Notes: a model not told the origin generated them from the sequence alone. A stretch of 64,000 nucleotides of DNA from Callorhinchus milii (GCF_018977255.1 NW_024704742.1:15378001-15442000); one strand, 5' to 3'. Shown: positions 1-13,696, counted from the stretch's first letter. Translations and numbers: made by a program.

Positions 1-1548
1 CAGCGTTTGGAACATCCTTCTGGGACATTGGGATATCCTCCTGACATGAAAGCTGCAATATAAGCACTAGATACGTGCAAGTTGTTGTTAAAAGATTCAA
101 TAACTCAGAATGGAAGCTTGTGTCCAGCTGACCAACAATCAGTACTGAAGCCTGGGTGATCTGGTTTGCTTTTAACACATTGGTAACACATTTCTGTGTT
201 GTTTCTTAATAAGATGAAATATATTACCATCAGTTAAAGCACTAGTTATAACAAAAGCTTTAAAGTACTCTGCCACAATTATAAAATACTTGGTGAACTA
301 CACGGTTGAAATTTCCATGTATTAAAAAATGATTAAGCTTTAAAATCAACATGAAAGGGCTCGGCATTTGTTGCTTTCTATTATTTCTAAACAAGTCTTC
401 TAAAGTTTTTCAAAATAAAACTAGAGTCATAAGATATTTGCCTCAGATGTCATCTTGACCTGATTTCCGATGAAGGTGTCACTTTGCGGCAATTAGGCAC
501 AACCACTGCATAAAATCTCTGCATAATCAGGGAGCACTTCCTATGTTTTTAATGATAAACAAAGGTTAAAAAGCAAAATACTTAAATGTGTTCCTCTCAG
601 AGCAATTGTAGTGTTCACTGAAATTACCCAAACACAAGGGTAGGTTGATGCAATGACTGGGACACATTGGGAAGGAATGAATGGGGATAAAACAGATAAG
701 CCCCTCCTTTCATCTATCATCTTATAGTTAAAATAAAGAATGGGGAGGAAAGGACACATGAAAGTTTCAGATGCTAATATCTACCATGAATATTGTTTGC
801 ACAGTATCAAATGTGATGATATAGTCATACAAGTATAATAATCCTTGCAATTGTTGAAACAATGTTCTTCCCAACTATTTGACTGTACTTAGGGGTAAAC
901 TCCGCAGGCCATTTATACAAGGCTCTATAAGCAGCCGGGAGGTATTAATTGACCTGGACGAATATTGTCCAGGATTCAGGGAGAAGCTCCTTTCTTTTCA
1001 AATAGTTTCATGGATATTTAAACATTCAGCTGCTCAAGCAAGCAGTCACATTTCTCTCTGAATTAACTCCACATTATCATCTGCATGCTTGAGGCAGAAT
1101 AATGTCAACAACTTGCATTTTCGTATTTTGGGGGGAAAATGTAAATAAAGATGGAGTGGGAGCCCGAGCTGGATGTTGCAGGGGGTAGGTGGACACAGGT
1201 GATATCAAAGAAATAGATTTTCAAACTGATCTTAAAAGTGGACAGGAAAGCTGCAAGGTGCTTGGATTTTGGACAATCCCCCAAATAAACTTGTGGGGTA
1301 CTGCTGTGTGCCACTGGCTGCCACATTTGTCCACAAAATACACAGTCAATCCACTTTACACTACATCCTGTGTAGCGCTTTGGGATATCTCAATGATGTA
1401 ATAAAATATTATACCAAATGGAAGCATTATTATTCTACAAATTTCTCAGTTCCTTATAAACAGATACTTTCACTATTTGCTGCCATTTATTTTAGCTTCT
1501 ATTTTATTTCCTTTTTATAATCCATGCAATACTCTCTCAAGCTTTACT

Positions 1549-1872
1549 ATATAATAATAATAATCCTTGCATTTGATATAGCGCTTTTCACGTCGGGAGG
1601 ACGTCCCAAAGCGCTTCACAGAACACACTGTAAAGTGAATTGACTGTATATTTGTGGGCAAACGCGGCAGCCAATTGCGCACAGCAATGTCCCACAAACA
1701 GTCATAGATTGAAAATGACCAATTTATTATTGTTTTGTTTTTTTGGAGGGATTATTATTAGGCTCTGTGTGGAGTCAGGAAACTTGCCCAGGGTTTCGCC
1801 CTCTGCCTGGAATTGAACTCAGGTCTCTCGCTTGCAAAGCGAGTGCTCTAACCACTGAGCTACAGGACTCCA
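1549..1872 (-). mobile_element. Full-length young tRNA-derived SINE
   Basis: Minus strand reads GGAGTCCTGTAGCTCAGTGGTTAGAGCACTCGCTTTGCAAG..GAGTTCAATTCC (A and B boxes), body GTTTGTGGGACATTGCTGTGCGCAATTGGCTGCCGCG, tail GCAAGGATTATTATT. Nearly identical to 50093-50404. Confidence 0.9.
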
Positions 1873-2261
1873 CTATAGATTTAATCGGTGCAAAATGATC
1901 TAAAATACTTCCCATTCTTTTGTTCTCACTTGCATTTATATTAATTAGGTCATTTAAAGGAGGAAATTAAACACCAATGTAATTGTATTTTTTCTACTGC
2001 CTAAGTTATAAAATAAGCACTGACACAATGCATTGCATGCAGTAAAGGGTTACAAAGCCATCAGACTCTTGCTGCACTGCCAACTCTACATTATTGTCCT
2101 CATGGGCTCGATGTAAGTACAGTAAAACTCTGAGAATTCACTAAATGCCAATTCATCTTTTAATATTATTAGTCATGAAACCAATTGTCTATTGATGTTA
2201 AAATCCTTGAAGCTGTGCAATGGACTTCCTGGAGTTTTTAAACTTACATTTTACATTTTAC

Positions 2262-2536
2262 CCCGACCCACCCGCCCTACCATTGGCGGGAGAGCCTTCA
2301 GCCACTCTGCCCTCAACCTCTGGAATTCCATTCCCCATTCACTCCGACTCGCCCCCTCCTTAGCCTCATTCAAGTCCCGCCTCAAGACCCTCCTCTTCGA
2401 CCATGCCATCGGCCACCTCCCCTCTCTTCTCCCCACTTGACCCCAGCTTGGGTCTGAAATGCTTTCCACTGTCCAGCAGCTTGGGATGTCCTCCCGACGT
2501 GAAAGGCGCTATACAAATGTAATCTTGTTGTTGTTG
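2262..2536 (+). mobile_element. L2 LINE 3' fragment
   Basis: Encodes RPTIGGRAFSHSALNLWNSIP..FKSRLKTLLF (L2 ORF2 C-terminus), then a 3' UTR with (TTG)n tail; homologous to 40397-41525. Confidence 0.85.
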
Positions 2537-2659
2537 AAAAAACTAAAGTCAGACTGCAGCTATTATCATGCAAAGCAAAATCCTTCCAAGATTACCTCTC
2601 ACACTACTTGTTTGACTCAGTTCTGAAACTGAGTTATACCACAGCCAGAGGTGCACTAT

Positions 2660-2951
2660 TTTATAGAGGTGCCATCTTTTAGATGAAATGTTTAATTGAG
2701 GCCCAGTCTGCTTGTTCAGGTAGGCGTTAAAAAGATCTCATGACACTATTCGTAAAGTATCCTGCCAACAATTCCCCAATTGATCATTCACTTCATAGTT
2801 TATGGGTCACTGCTGTGTGCAAATCTGCTGCCACTTTGGCTACAAACTGTACAGTTACTGCACTTTACAATTAATTCTGTGAAGCGCTTTCAAATGTTTC
2901 AATTACATTGAAAAGCAATGTATCAGATGCAAGGATTATTATATTATTATT
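2660..2951 (+). mobile_element. Older Deu-domain SINE (SacSINE1/AmnSINE1-like)
   Basis: GAGGTGCCATCTTTTAGATGAAATGTTTAATTGAGGCCC core, TGCTGTGTGCAAAT..GCTGCC body and (TTA)n tail. Similar copies at about 8595-8918 (+), 10770-11100 (-), 17420-17835 (+), 44480-44710 (+) and 50645-51005 (-). Confidence 0.7.
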
Positions 2952-5460
2952 GCACATTTGTGTAGTATAACTGCAGCATAAAACAATCGCCCCGAGATGT
3001 GCTAATTCTCACCAAGATAACCACCAGTATGCAACTGGTATTATAATCAGGACTGGTTGGTAAAGCAAATCAGACTAACATCTTTTCACATCCACAGTAG
3101 TTTGGACCATCTTCTCCCTATATACTATAATATGGTATAAATTCCTGTACATAGAGGAGCCTACATTAATCTCATACAATTACATGAAGATTACTTCTTA
3201 CCCTAAAAAAGACATGCATTTTACAGAGAATCCTGTGAAGCATTTTGAGATGTTCTTTTGACATGAAAGGCAGTATTTCAAATGTAAGAATTATTATTAT
3301 TAAAAGCTGCATTATTATTATTACCAAAAAAATGAAATAAAAATGGAGGAAGCTTATTTGAATTGGAAGTCCAGGAAGGAAATCATCCCTTTAATGGTAT
3401 TGGTGGACCTCCTATTGTTTAGTATCTTGGGATAGGATGCTTTACACACTGATGTAAAACCTTGGCTGATTTTCCTCCCTCTAACCTAGGGACTCAAAAA
3501 TCAATTTTAACACCACCCAGTTGAAATCAGCTAACTCAGCACAGACCAGAGGTGTGTGGGACAGGAAGCAGCAAGTGCAGGAGGCCAGCAGACAGACCCA
3601 CAATGTGTGTCAGCCAACACCAGCAATCCTGAAACTGCTAAATCCCATCTGTCTGGCACGCTCCAACATTCCAACTGAGCTCAGGTCAATGTTTAGTTGG
3701 CCAATGGGTGCTGGTGGCCTCAGGACTTCGACAATTCTTGGCTCATTACAGGGCACCTTTCTTTTCGACCACGCCTTTGGTCACCTTCTTCCCCCTCCTC
3801 CTGGCTCGGCCCCGGGATCCATTACTGTGAAGCACTCTGAGACGCCGTCCGGAGTGGAGGGCGCTATATAAATCCAAGTTGCTGCTGTTGTTGTTGTTGG
3901 CATGCCCATCTGAGGGGCTTGTCTGGGGGAAAGAGACTGGCTAGGAAATGAAGAGGAAAGAGAGGAGAGAAGGGACGCTGGTGACTGGATAGAGTAGAGA
4001 GGAATGTTGTAAGAATGAGGGCTGGAGAGTGACGGAAGGGGAGGCTGGGGCCTGGAGAGTGGAGAGTGGAGGGCAGACATGGGATTGGAGAAAGCGGTGG
4101 ATTAACATGGCACCATGACCCGAGGCCCACGCTCAGAAGAGGCCCATTCAGTGGCCGACTGACTATATAGAGCGCTCCCATGATTGGCTGCCAAGTGCCC
4201 CCGTGATTAGTTGCCTAGCACTCCTGTGATTGGCATCCGGTGTGAGGGACGCTATATAAATGCAAGTTGTTGTTGTTGTTGTGGTGCCAATCTCACAAAA
4301 AGTTAATCCGGCTCTGTATTCTAATCATTTCATGGCTGTTGGTGGGACATTAGCTGTATGCAAATAGGTTGCTACATTTGCCTGTAAAATACAGTCACTG
4401 TGCTTTATCGTATATCCTTTGAAGCAATTTTAGATATCCTCCTGACATGTAAGGAGGTTTATTAATAATAGTAATAATAATCCTTACATGTGATATAGTG
4501 CCTTATCACATCTTCAAGATGCTTCACAGAATATAATGTAACATGAATTGACTGTATGTTTTGTGGGCAAAACATTAAATGTAAGAATTATTATTAATAT
4601 TATCAATTGTTATTGAATGCTTATTGAATGTTTCACAGCTTGATGCACGTGTCGGTTAGAGTTTAAGTTACACTCCAGATGGCCACAACTACACTCATCC
4701 CAGAAGATTAGTGCAATAACCAGATGAAAATTGCAACCAATGTTGTACTCTATATGGCTTTCAAAATGAGGGCAGTACAGTATGTGCTCCACACTTATTA
4801 GCTCAGGGAATTTTATTTTGTTTAGCAAGGTGTCTAAGACATGTGCAAACACATCATCATACTTAAGCGTATCCAAACCAAACTATTGAAAGTTCAACAT
4901 ATGCATGAACATTTCTGTTAATCTGGAATGTAGTGCATACTCTTGCATACTCAGGGACTCACTGTGCTCACCTAATCACCTAATCACCTAATCCTGGAAC
5001 AAGATGGCCTGGAAGATATTGGAAGATATTGATCTGAATCTAACACATGATCTGACTCCGACTTTGGAAAGTGTTCTGAAATGCAACCCTATGTGAAGGG
5101 CTCAATATAAATGTATGTTGTTGTTGCTGACTAATATCTCCTTAATTATGCATTATACTGTACATATCAAACTCAATATATATATTATACTATTTTACTC
5201 TGAAATTTTATTGTACTTGTCACTGAATTGATGCTTAATGTTATGAAGTTTGGTATAATATTCCCAACTGATTTAGCTGAGTGCATTCTTGAGAACTAGG
5301 ATAATTTGGGCTCTCCGTTTCCCTGCTATTCAGTTTAGTTCTGACGCTTTCTTGATTCAGAAATCACACACTTTTGATGGTACAACTTCATAACCCCATC
5401 TATCTTTTTCCAATCTGTAATTTCTGAAGATTTTTTATGACTTACAAGGAACACACAAGT

Positions 5461-5466
5461 TTTATT
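5461..5466 (-). terminator. NDNF: Candidate NDNF polyadenylation signal (AATAAA on minus strand)
   Basis: Minus-strand AATAAA about 700 nt past the stop codon, followed by GT-rich ACTTGTGTGTTCCTTGT. Alternative AATAAA signals at 5717-5722 and 5207-5212. Confidence 0.45.
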
Positions 5467-6158
5467 GAAGAGATACAATAAATATGAAATGCCAAACAGA
5501 TGTAACGTAAGATGCAAACACAAATGTTGAGAAGTCCTATATCTTTGAAATGTTAAGAAATGAGCCATTGTAACATGTGAAGCCAAGAAACCCATTCCTC
5601 CTCTCACCACCAAAAAATAGAAGCTGACGTTTGTCAAACAGATAGTTAGAATTGTATTTTAATGGGATGATTCTTAAAGTTTACAATCATAAAAACATAG
5701 ACATTTAAGACTGAACTTTATTCTTATAAAATAATTTACAGATTTCCTATGATCTATATTGCATGTACGATTAACAGGGCAGCTAGATAAAGCGGCTTGC
5801 TTCAGCAATTTTGAATGATGAAATAATTTAGATGCAGTTCATGCAGTGTAGAAATCCAAAAGGTGACAGCACTTGAATCTTCTCCAGTCACTGTAAACCA
5901 ATCTTATTCAATGTCAGATGTGGCAAATGACTTATGAACATGCAACTGCAAGGGCCAGATGCTAACTGGGTACATCAGGCTCAGTCTCTTCAAATAACCA
6001 TTGAATTATGTAAACATAAATATACAAGTAGATATCTTTCTAAATAGTACAAATACATGTTGCAACGTCTCAGCTGTATAAGTAGTCAGTCTGTATATTT
6101 TCATCTAGTGAAATAATGTTCATAGTTCAATAAAGTTTTGAGTCTATACATGGAGTCA

Positions 6159-7564
6159 CTAACAAGACCTCCTTGTTTTTACCAGTTTACTCTGATACTT
6201 GACAGAGTGTCCTCCATGTCCTATGACATAAACATCCAGAAGGTACGATTTGCCAGGCTGTAGTCCTCTGATTGTCTCTGTAGTCACTGCTTTCTGTAGG
6301 ATCTGACTGTGGAAGTATTTGCAGACAACCTTCTCAGATTTCTTTCTGGTGTCGGGTCCAATACATTGGTTCTGCTCTCTTCTCTTCTGTTCCTCGCTGT
6401 AATTGTTTTCCACAAGTTTTTTATAAACGCAGAACTTGTTCCTCTCCTGTGTGCCCAGCCACGCCACAGTCACCGAAGAGCAAGTACGGAGTTTGTCAAA
6501 GACTTTAATGCGCATGTCTTCAGGTACTGAAGGGAATGGTTGCTTGTTTGCCCTGGTGCTAGCCAGGATCTTGAGCATGGATGCACCTTTCTTGCTCCCT
6601 CTGAGCCTGATCAAATACTTGGCTTTAGGTTTTCCCCTCAGCTGGAAGTGGCGGACACCTTCAACATTCTGTGAAAGCAGCAGCTTTCCATCTCTTCTGA
6701 CCTGGATTTGGACAGTGTCCAAACATGAGTGCACATAGAGCATCACTTTCTGGTGAGAGGAGACAGGAGCGAACCTCAGGAACTTGGCACCCTTTCTTTT
6801 AACAAACACATCAGTCACTTTCCCATCTTTCAGCTCCATTGTCTTCTGCTTAGTCTCCTCCTTGGTTTTAGCAAAGGTCCCCACATAGGCAGTGCTCATA
6901 TTCGAGATGGCGTTAACCGCAAAAATGTCAAAATAGTACTGAGTATCTGGCTTCAGGTCTGACACAGTGAAAATGTTTTTGTTTCCAATGCAGATCTGCT
7001 GAAGGTCCACCTTTCTTCCTCTAGACATTTGCCGAGACATCCGTGTTGTGACTGGTTTGGCCATGTTCGATCGCTCTCTGCCATAGTCACTGTCCGAAGC
7101 AAAACCAAAATGAGCAAAGTCAAAGGGGCTGAAGTCTAGTCCAGGCTTAGGAGCTGTCATAAAGGCGTCGTCAACATTTAATTTTGTTTCCACTGCACAA
7201 AGACTTTTGAAGTTATGCTCTTTATTGATGATCACACAGTACTCGATGGGCTGCCTCAGTTGTGTGAGGGTAGGACTGGGTTTCCAAGCCAAGGTGACAG
7301 TTGTACGTCCAAGCGAAGTCACATCTACCCGTGGATCATACGGAAGCTCAGGATAAGGTTGATCTGATTCAGGAGTAGTTGTTGCATATACTTTGAAATT
7401 TGTATCTTTCTCTGTTGAAATCAGCTCCAAACGGTACAAACCGGATGGTGAGTTGGATGCTGCAAAGGATTCAACATCATTGCCTTTGTAAGAGTACAGA
7501 TCAGTTCCTAGTTCATTCAGTACCTGCTGTTTTTGCCTCTGCTGATCAAGTGGCTCTGGTTCTC
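6159..7564 (-). CDS. NDNF: NDNF last coding exon (two fibronectin type III-like regions, Cys-containing C-terminus)
   Basis: ORF 6159-7586 contains YATTTPESDQPYPELPYDPRVDVTSLGRTTVTLAWKPSP ... LLDVYVIGHGGHSVKYQSK, which I recognise as vertebrate NDNF. Acceptor ttctttttgtccacag|GA at 7565-7566 (phase 1); TAG stop at 6159-6161. Confidence 0.97.
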
Positions 7565-8173
7565 CTGTGGACAAAAAGAAAGCCAAATGAATATTAACTT
7601 GGTGGAAATTCTTACCTCAGAACAATGTCCTCCCCAACGATTAAAAACAAATTCTTATTCCACATGCAATGGGATCATCAATGCACATATATGATATGAA
7701 ATATATATGTTATAGTTTGTAGGCGTTGTGGGCCTCTGATTGAAGTGAAAATGAAGGTGTCTGGATTGACAGGATTCAGGAATCTAGGGCATAATTTTCA
7801 TTGACTTACTAAGAACAGGAGGAAATTTCAACCCTCCTTTCCTGCATTCTGCATTACATTATCATATGAAAATCTCTAAAAGTGGTGATGATGAGATATT
7901 TCTGGTTCAAACATGCTAACTTCTGAACCTAATTATTTATAATTGGAAGATAATACAGAGTTTCCAAGTGTTTTGCCAACAGCCGTTAATTCCTGGTAAA
8001 GACACTGATTTCAGAATCGATATTTAATTAAGGAATAAGAGTAAAATGAGTGGGAACACAGTTAAATTCCAAGATAAATTGAGAAGAAACAACACGTTGC
8101 AATCAAGTTTATTATTTTTATTCTCAACCACCGAATTCACCTACAAAGTACAGTCCCTACACTTCACAGTAAA

Positions 8174-8420
8174 TGATAATAATAATAATCCTTGCATTTC
8201 ATATAGCGCCTTATCATGTTTTGGAGATGTCTCAAAGTGCTTCACAGGATATACTGTAAAGCAAATTGACTGTATTGCTGTGCGCAATTGGCTGCCGCGT
8301 TCGCCCACAAATATACAGTCAATTCACTTTACAGTGTGTTCTGTGAAGCGCTTTGGGACGTCCTCCCAACGTGAAAAGCACTATATCAAATGCAAGGATT
8401 ATTATTGTTATTATTATTAT
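8174..8420. mobile_element. Two SINE 3' halves fused head-to-head in NDNF intron
   Basis: Minus-strand tail copy (8174-8275) joined directly to a plus-strand young copy (about 8274-8420). Confidence 0.85.
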
Positions 8421-11400
8421 ATTTTCTTAATTGTGTGAAGCAAATTGAACATTCTCCCCGTGTGTGACAAGCACTATATCAAATGCAAATATTATTAAAA
8501 ATGCATGAATTTAATGTATATTTAAAATCAATGCAGCAATACGTTAAAATGAATTATCTTCTAATGGCTCAAAGAAACAAAACAACAAGTGTTATTGTTG
8601 GAGATGTTGTCCTTCAGATGAGACTTTAAACAGATGAGGTCTCATCTGCCAGTTCAAGTGGACGTTAAATATTCCATGGCACTGTTCAAAAAGAGAAGGA
8701 AGTTTCTCCTTGTCTCCTGCCAACAATCCCCCAAATAAAAGCAAATGGTCACTCGCTCCATGGTTGATTGTGGGACTTTGCTCTGCACAAATTGGCTCTT
8801 GCGTTTTGCCCACAAAATACACAGTCAATCTACTTTACAGTTTATCCTGTCAAGCACTTTGAGCTGCCTCAACAAAATGATAAAGCGCTACATCAAATGC
8901 AAGGATTATTATTTATTATATGAAATAGAGGACCCGGAAGGATCTCTCACACTTTATGGTCATGTTACATTAAGTGCATTTAGAAGATATAGGTTTTACG
9001 TTTTGTTTTTTCTCACAACCAATTGTTCTCATATAATTTTCTCCCTCCCTTTTTTCTACCCTGAAGGTAATTAAATCTTTTTTCTACTGAGGTAAGGTTA
9101 CACGGATCCTGATTACCCTGTGGTACCTTGTCCACACAGTTGTAATTTATATGTGAGCCTTGACAGTGAGTCCTGGGAGACTATCCAATTGCACACGGCA
9201 TCCAATTGAGCCTGATCCTCTCCTCACTTGTGGGAGAAATTCCACCTCGCTCTAGATTGACTCTATTTATGTTGCATTTTAGATCATCCTGAATTTGCAA
9301 ATTGTTGAATTCAGGCTTAACTGAAGTCAGTTTTCTGGCAGTTCTTAAAAGAATCTAAGAATTTGTCAAATTCTGGATGCACTGAAATGTTACATAAATT
9401 TAAATCTAAATTTAAAGAGTAAATCCTGACCAAAGGGGAATTTATCACTACGATTGTCCCCACATATTCTTCCAGGAGGAGCCTTTGGTTACTCTTCAAG
9501 AGTGGAAGTACTGATTAACTTTTTCCTCCTTTATTTAGCCGCCCTTCCTGGAAACCTGTTCCAGTCATTAATTACCCTCTGAGTAAAGAGAAACTTTCTG
9601 ATATCTGTCCTAAAATTGCCTTTTGTAACTCTAAACTCACCAAGTGTGTGCTCTTGGTGTATCCTAAAGTGTTAACTAAAAAACAGACCAGGATTTGAAC
9701 CTATAACTTTCTTAACTGCATGATCAAGTGCTCACCAAATCTGCTAGTCTAATTATAGTGTCTAATAAAGTATTTCTTAAAAAATTTCTTGATAAGAAAT
9801 GTGTAATTTCAAATTTCTAAAATATGGAATGTCCTGAATACATTTTAGCACATTTGAACTTTATATATTCAGGTAATTACACATTTCTTATTCAGAAATT
9901 GTTATAAAATGCTAAAAATTAGATATTGTCAAAATGCATTCATCCTAGCGCCACAAAGAGCAGCATTCCCCCTGGGCTTTAATAAATAATTTATGCCCTA
10001 ATCCATCAGCAAACACATTGCACCGTTCACAATAACATCAATAATATATCACCTTCAGTGGAAAATAATTTTTCATCTTGCAATTAGATCGCTCAATAAT
10101 CATAAAAGACCAAATGTAGAAAATTCATGGGAAATGTACAAGCTTATTCTGAAAGGCCACTATATTATTTTCATGTAGTAATTTATGTGAAAACCTAGTC
10201 TCCACATAAGCAATTTGTGTATCACGTGCGACAAATGCCGGCTTAGTTGTAAAAGACACTGCCAACGGCTAAATTAAATGTTCACAGATGTGTCTAGGAT
10301 TGTTCTGCAAGTTTCTTTAGCAAGGCTCAAGGTCAGGATTGTACTACAACCTGGCAGAATGTTTACTGTAGGTGATAGCTACTGATCTCTGTCGACTAGA
10401 TTATTTCTACATCTAAATTGTATTTATTTAGTGAAGGTATTTATGCACAATATCCCAGTTAAGCTTGAAATCCTATTTCCATTGGGCTTCTATCCAAGTG
10501 AAGTCATGCAGTACAGGAAACAAAATGGATACAATAAAGATATGGATGATACCTCCATGGGGAGTTCCAAGCGCTCAGTTTGCTGTTGCTGACATTTCAA
10601 ATTAAGAGTCTGTATGGCTGGATATCGACTGTGTATCTGCATGTAGTAACTAGACAAGCTGCTTCCACTTAACATGAATAAAACTAAGCCATTTTGTCTT
10701 CTGTATTGACTACAGATCGCCTCTATGGTACTAATCTTTTAATGATTAGAATCTTTCTGATAAATATCTAATTATCTAATAATCCATGCATCTGATACAG
10801 TGAGTTAACATGTCATTAAAATGTCTCAAATTGCTTCACAGGATTTACTGCAGAGTGTAGTGACTGTATATTTTGTAGGTGAAAGAACCTACCAATTTGT
10901 GAAAGCAATATCTCGCAAACAACCATGAAGGTAATGATGAATTGTATCGGCAGGGTTTGTGGCCAGGGCATCAGGAGAAACTCTCTTCTCTTTTCAAATA
11001 GTGTCTTGGGATTTTTGACATCTACTTGAATGGGCAGACGGGACTAGAGTTTAACATCTTATCTGAAGGATGGCACTTTGACCATAGAGTGCTCCTCCAC
11101 TAATACACAAATCATGCTAGACTGTGAGCTATCTATGCCAATTTACCTAGTGATTTTGTTTACCAATTTACCCAGTGCTCCAAGACGCCATCCGGGTTGA
11201 AGGGTGCTATATAAACGCAAGTTGTTGTTGTTGCTGCTTATGCTTTATCGCAGTTGTAAAATAATTTTCAATAATGTTTATCCTAAACATTTTTACTCTT
11301 AAAATTGGAATTAGATCAGAGCCTTTACTCACTAAGTTATTTTTCTTACAAGATTTTTTCAGTGACATTCATTTGACTGAAGAGAAAGCAAATTCCACCA

Positions 11401-11477
11401 ACTATGTGGATTTTATTTTGAAGGAACTAATCTTTTATTTCTCATCTTATTGCTTTTTGTTTCATCAACACTCTTAC

Positions 11478-11602
11478 CAGAACCTTCTCCACTTGACTCT
11501 TCCGGCAGTTCTTGAAGACTTAGTTTCCATTCCAAGGGGGCGTCACATGGTGTAATGGTAATTAATAAGGGAGTATTGTCCTCTTCAACCACAAAATAAT
11601 AT
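11478..11602 (-). CDS. NDNF: NDNF internal coding exon (125 bp)
   Basis: Encodes (R)YYFVVEEDNTPLLITITPCDAPLEWKLSLQELPEESSGEGS(G). Acceptor ttttgcag at 11603-11604, donor G|GTAAG at 11476-11477; phases 2 and 1 fit the neighbouring exons. Confidence 0.96.
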
Positions 11603-13696
11603 CTGCAAAAGAAAAGTGCAAGCAGTAAAATCTGCTTCTCAGATACTTCGCGTCTCAAAATAATCAATGGAAACTGGAAAATTTGGACGAAAATCTGGCC
11701 ACATACAGATACGTATTGCCACTAATTAAGTCATTTGGTGAAATGAACAGAAAACAACTTTGAATATGAAATTTAGTAACTACATTTGGTATTATGGCAA
11801 ACAGCAAATGATTGTCCATTGTTTCCCAAAATTGTGAATATGAGTTAATGGAGGCTTATGTTTGTCAACTGAACCTCAGCAATGGCTAGGTTTCATTGAT
11901 TGATATAGAATACAATTTATCATGTTTGATGTGTTATGTACCTTAACAAAGAGTGTTATTTGTTTGATCTTATGTATTTTCTAACTTAGCGCTTACAGCA
12001 TACAATTACTGTAATGGGATAGGACCTCACAAGATGCCAGCTGACCTTCAGAATTTACATAAATAAATCACCTTCCTTTACATAGAATGGCTCAGCAAAG
12101 AACAATTTACTTATATCTAGGCTAGGCATGAAAATATTTAGGTGATTATGCATGTTGGAAGATCTTGTACTGAGACGGTAAAGTAAGAGAACATAGGTTT
12201 AGAGTTGTTAGAGGAAATTTTAGGACAGACACCAGGAAGTGTTTTCTTTACTCAAAGGAAATTAATGACTGACACAGGTTCCCAGGAAATCTGGATGAGG
12301 CCAGGATGCTGGACTCATTTAAAAACAAGTGCCATGCTGTGATGGGAGATGGTAGGGTGGGTATTCTGGAGGGATGAGATCAAATGGGCCGAAAGACTTA
12401 CTTGATCAAAAGCAACTGTATGTTCTTGACTGATCAAATTCACGTTAAAGTATAATTTAGAATTTTTTTTAGCTTAGAAAAATTATAAAATTCTTAGAAA
12501 ACCAATGGATAGGTTATTTTCTAAAGTTTGTGAAAAGAAAATATAGTGACTATGAAGCGTAAATGAATGCATGTGGATATCATTTATAAAGTACATTTCT
12601 ACACACAATAACATACATTTTGAGGAAATGTTTGTTGGGATGATGGTCCTGTCCCAAGAATCAAAACTTTTGCCAAGATCTGCCTGACCCTGGCATCTGA
12701 CACAAAAATACTGCAAAAAGCTATGTAAATAGAGCTCCATCAAGTGGCAGGAAATAGATACTGTAACATTTCAATTTACTCCACAGGTCCTATGGATTTA
12801 CAATGATATTTTCTGCAATTTGATGTTGAAATAAAACAAATGCAGAATCTTAGATTAGGGTGATTGTTCCATTTTTCACTGATATATACTGTTTTTCTTA
12901 GCATTAGACGGATCTCTGCAGTCTAATGAGAGCAGATCATGCATCAGGCTTGTTATTCAAAGGTCTGTGTTTTTATTCCATTTTAAAATATTTCTATAAT
13001 TTCTATGTATTATAGGGGATATTACAGGCTTGAAGCTGCATTCTGTTTCTCCATTCTACAGTACATCAAAGCTCTAATGAACCCTATCGTTAGTTGAGTT
13101 ACCCTCAAACTTCGTATTATCAACATACTATCCATGTAAAAAGATTTTTTTCTTGATATCTTGATTGACCCTCAGACTTGATTTTGTGATTATGTGTGGA
13201 CCAAGGTTCTGCAATTTCATGACGCATGTTGGTATCCCTCATGCACTGTTCTAAACTTAAAAGCATTTGGGATTGCGTATTATAGGTTCCATCATTCAGG
13301 CGATAAACAATATGAAAGAAGATTGATTGGAATGTCCAAACATAATATGCTACAATCAAGGAATAAACCATATGCTTTCAGTTTGCAAATGCATTATTTG
13401 GAGTAATTTTAACTATAATTTCCACAAACCAGTAGCTTGGATATATATTCAATCCAGTAGCTGATAGTGTGTCCAGCAGTGTACTCAACTTCACTTAGGT
13501 GATAATGAATAGAAAGCTGAGAGTTTAATATGGGTTTTAGCAAATCAATGCAAGAATAAAGCAATTCAACAACTGGTACAAACTATGTTCTAGTAAATAT
13601 CCTTCTGTCTGGTTATGATTTGATCTCTATTTATCATGGACTCCACCAATTAAGATAGAGTAAAGATATTGTTCTTATAACATAGTTGCAAGTTAC

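Noticed and set aside
1800..1872. tRNA-Ala(TGC)-like sequence (also about 50335-50404 and 29390-29461)
   Set aside because: Attached to a SINE body and tail, and without a convincing acceptor stem: SINE heads, not tRNA genes.
7565..7586. Start of the 475-aa ORF (MAFFLST) as the NDNF N-terminus
   Set aside because: This is the intronic polypyrimidine tract with a TTG start; the true N-terminus comes from upstream exons.
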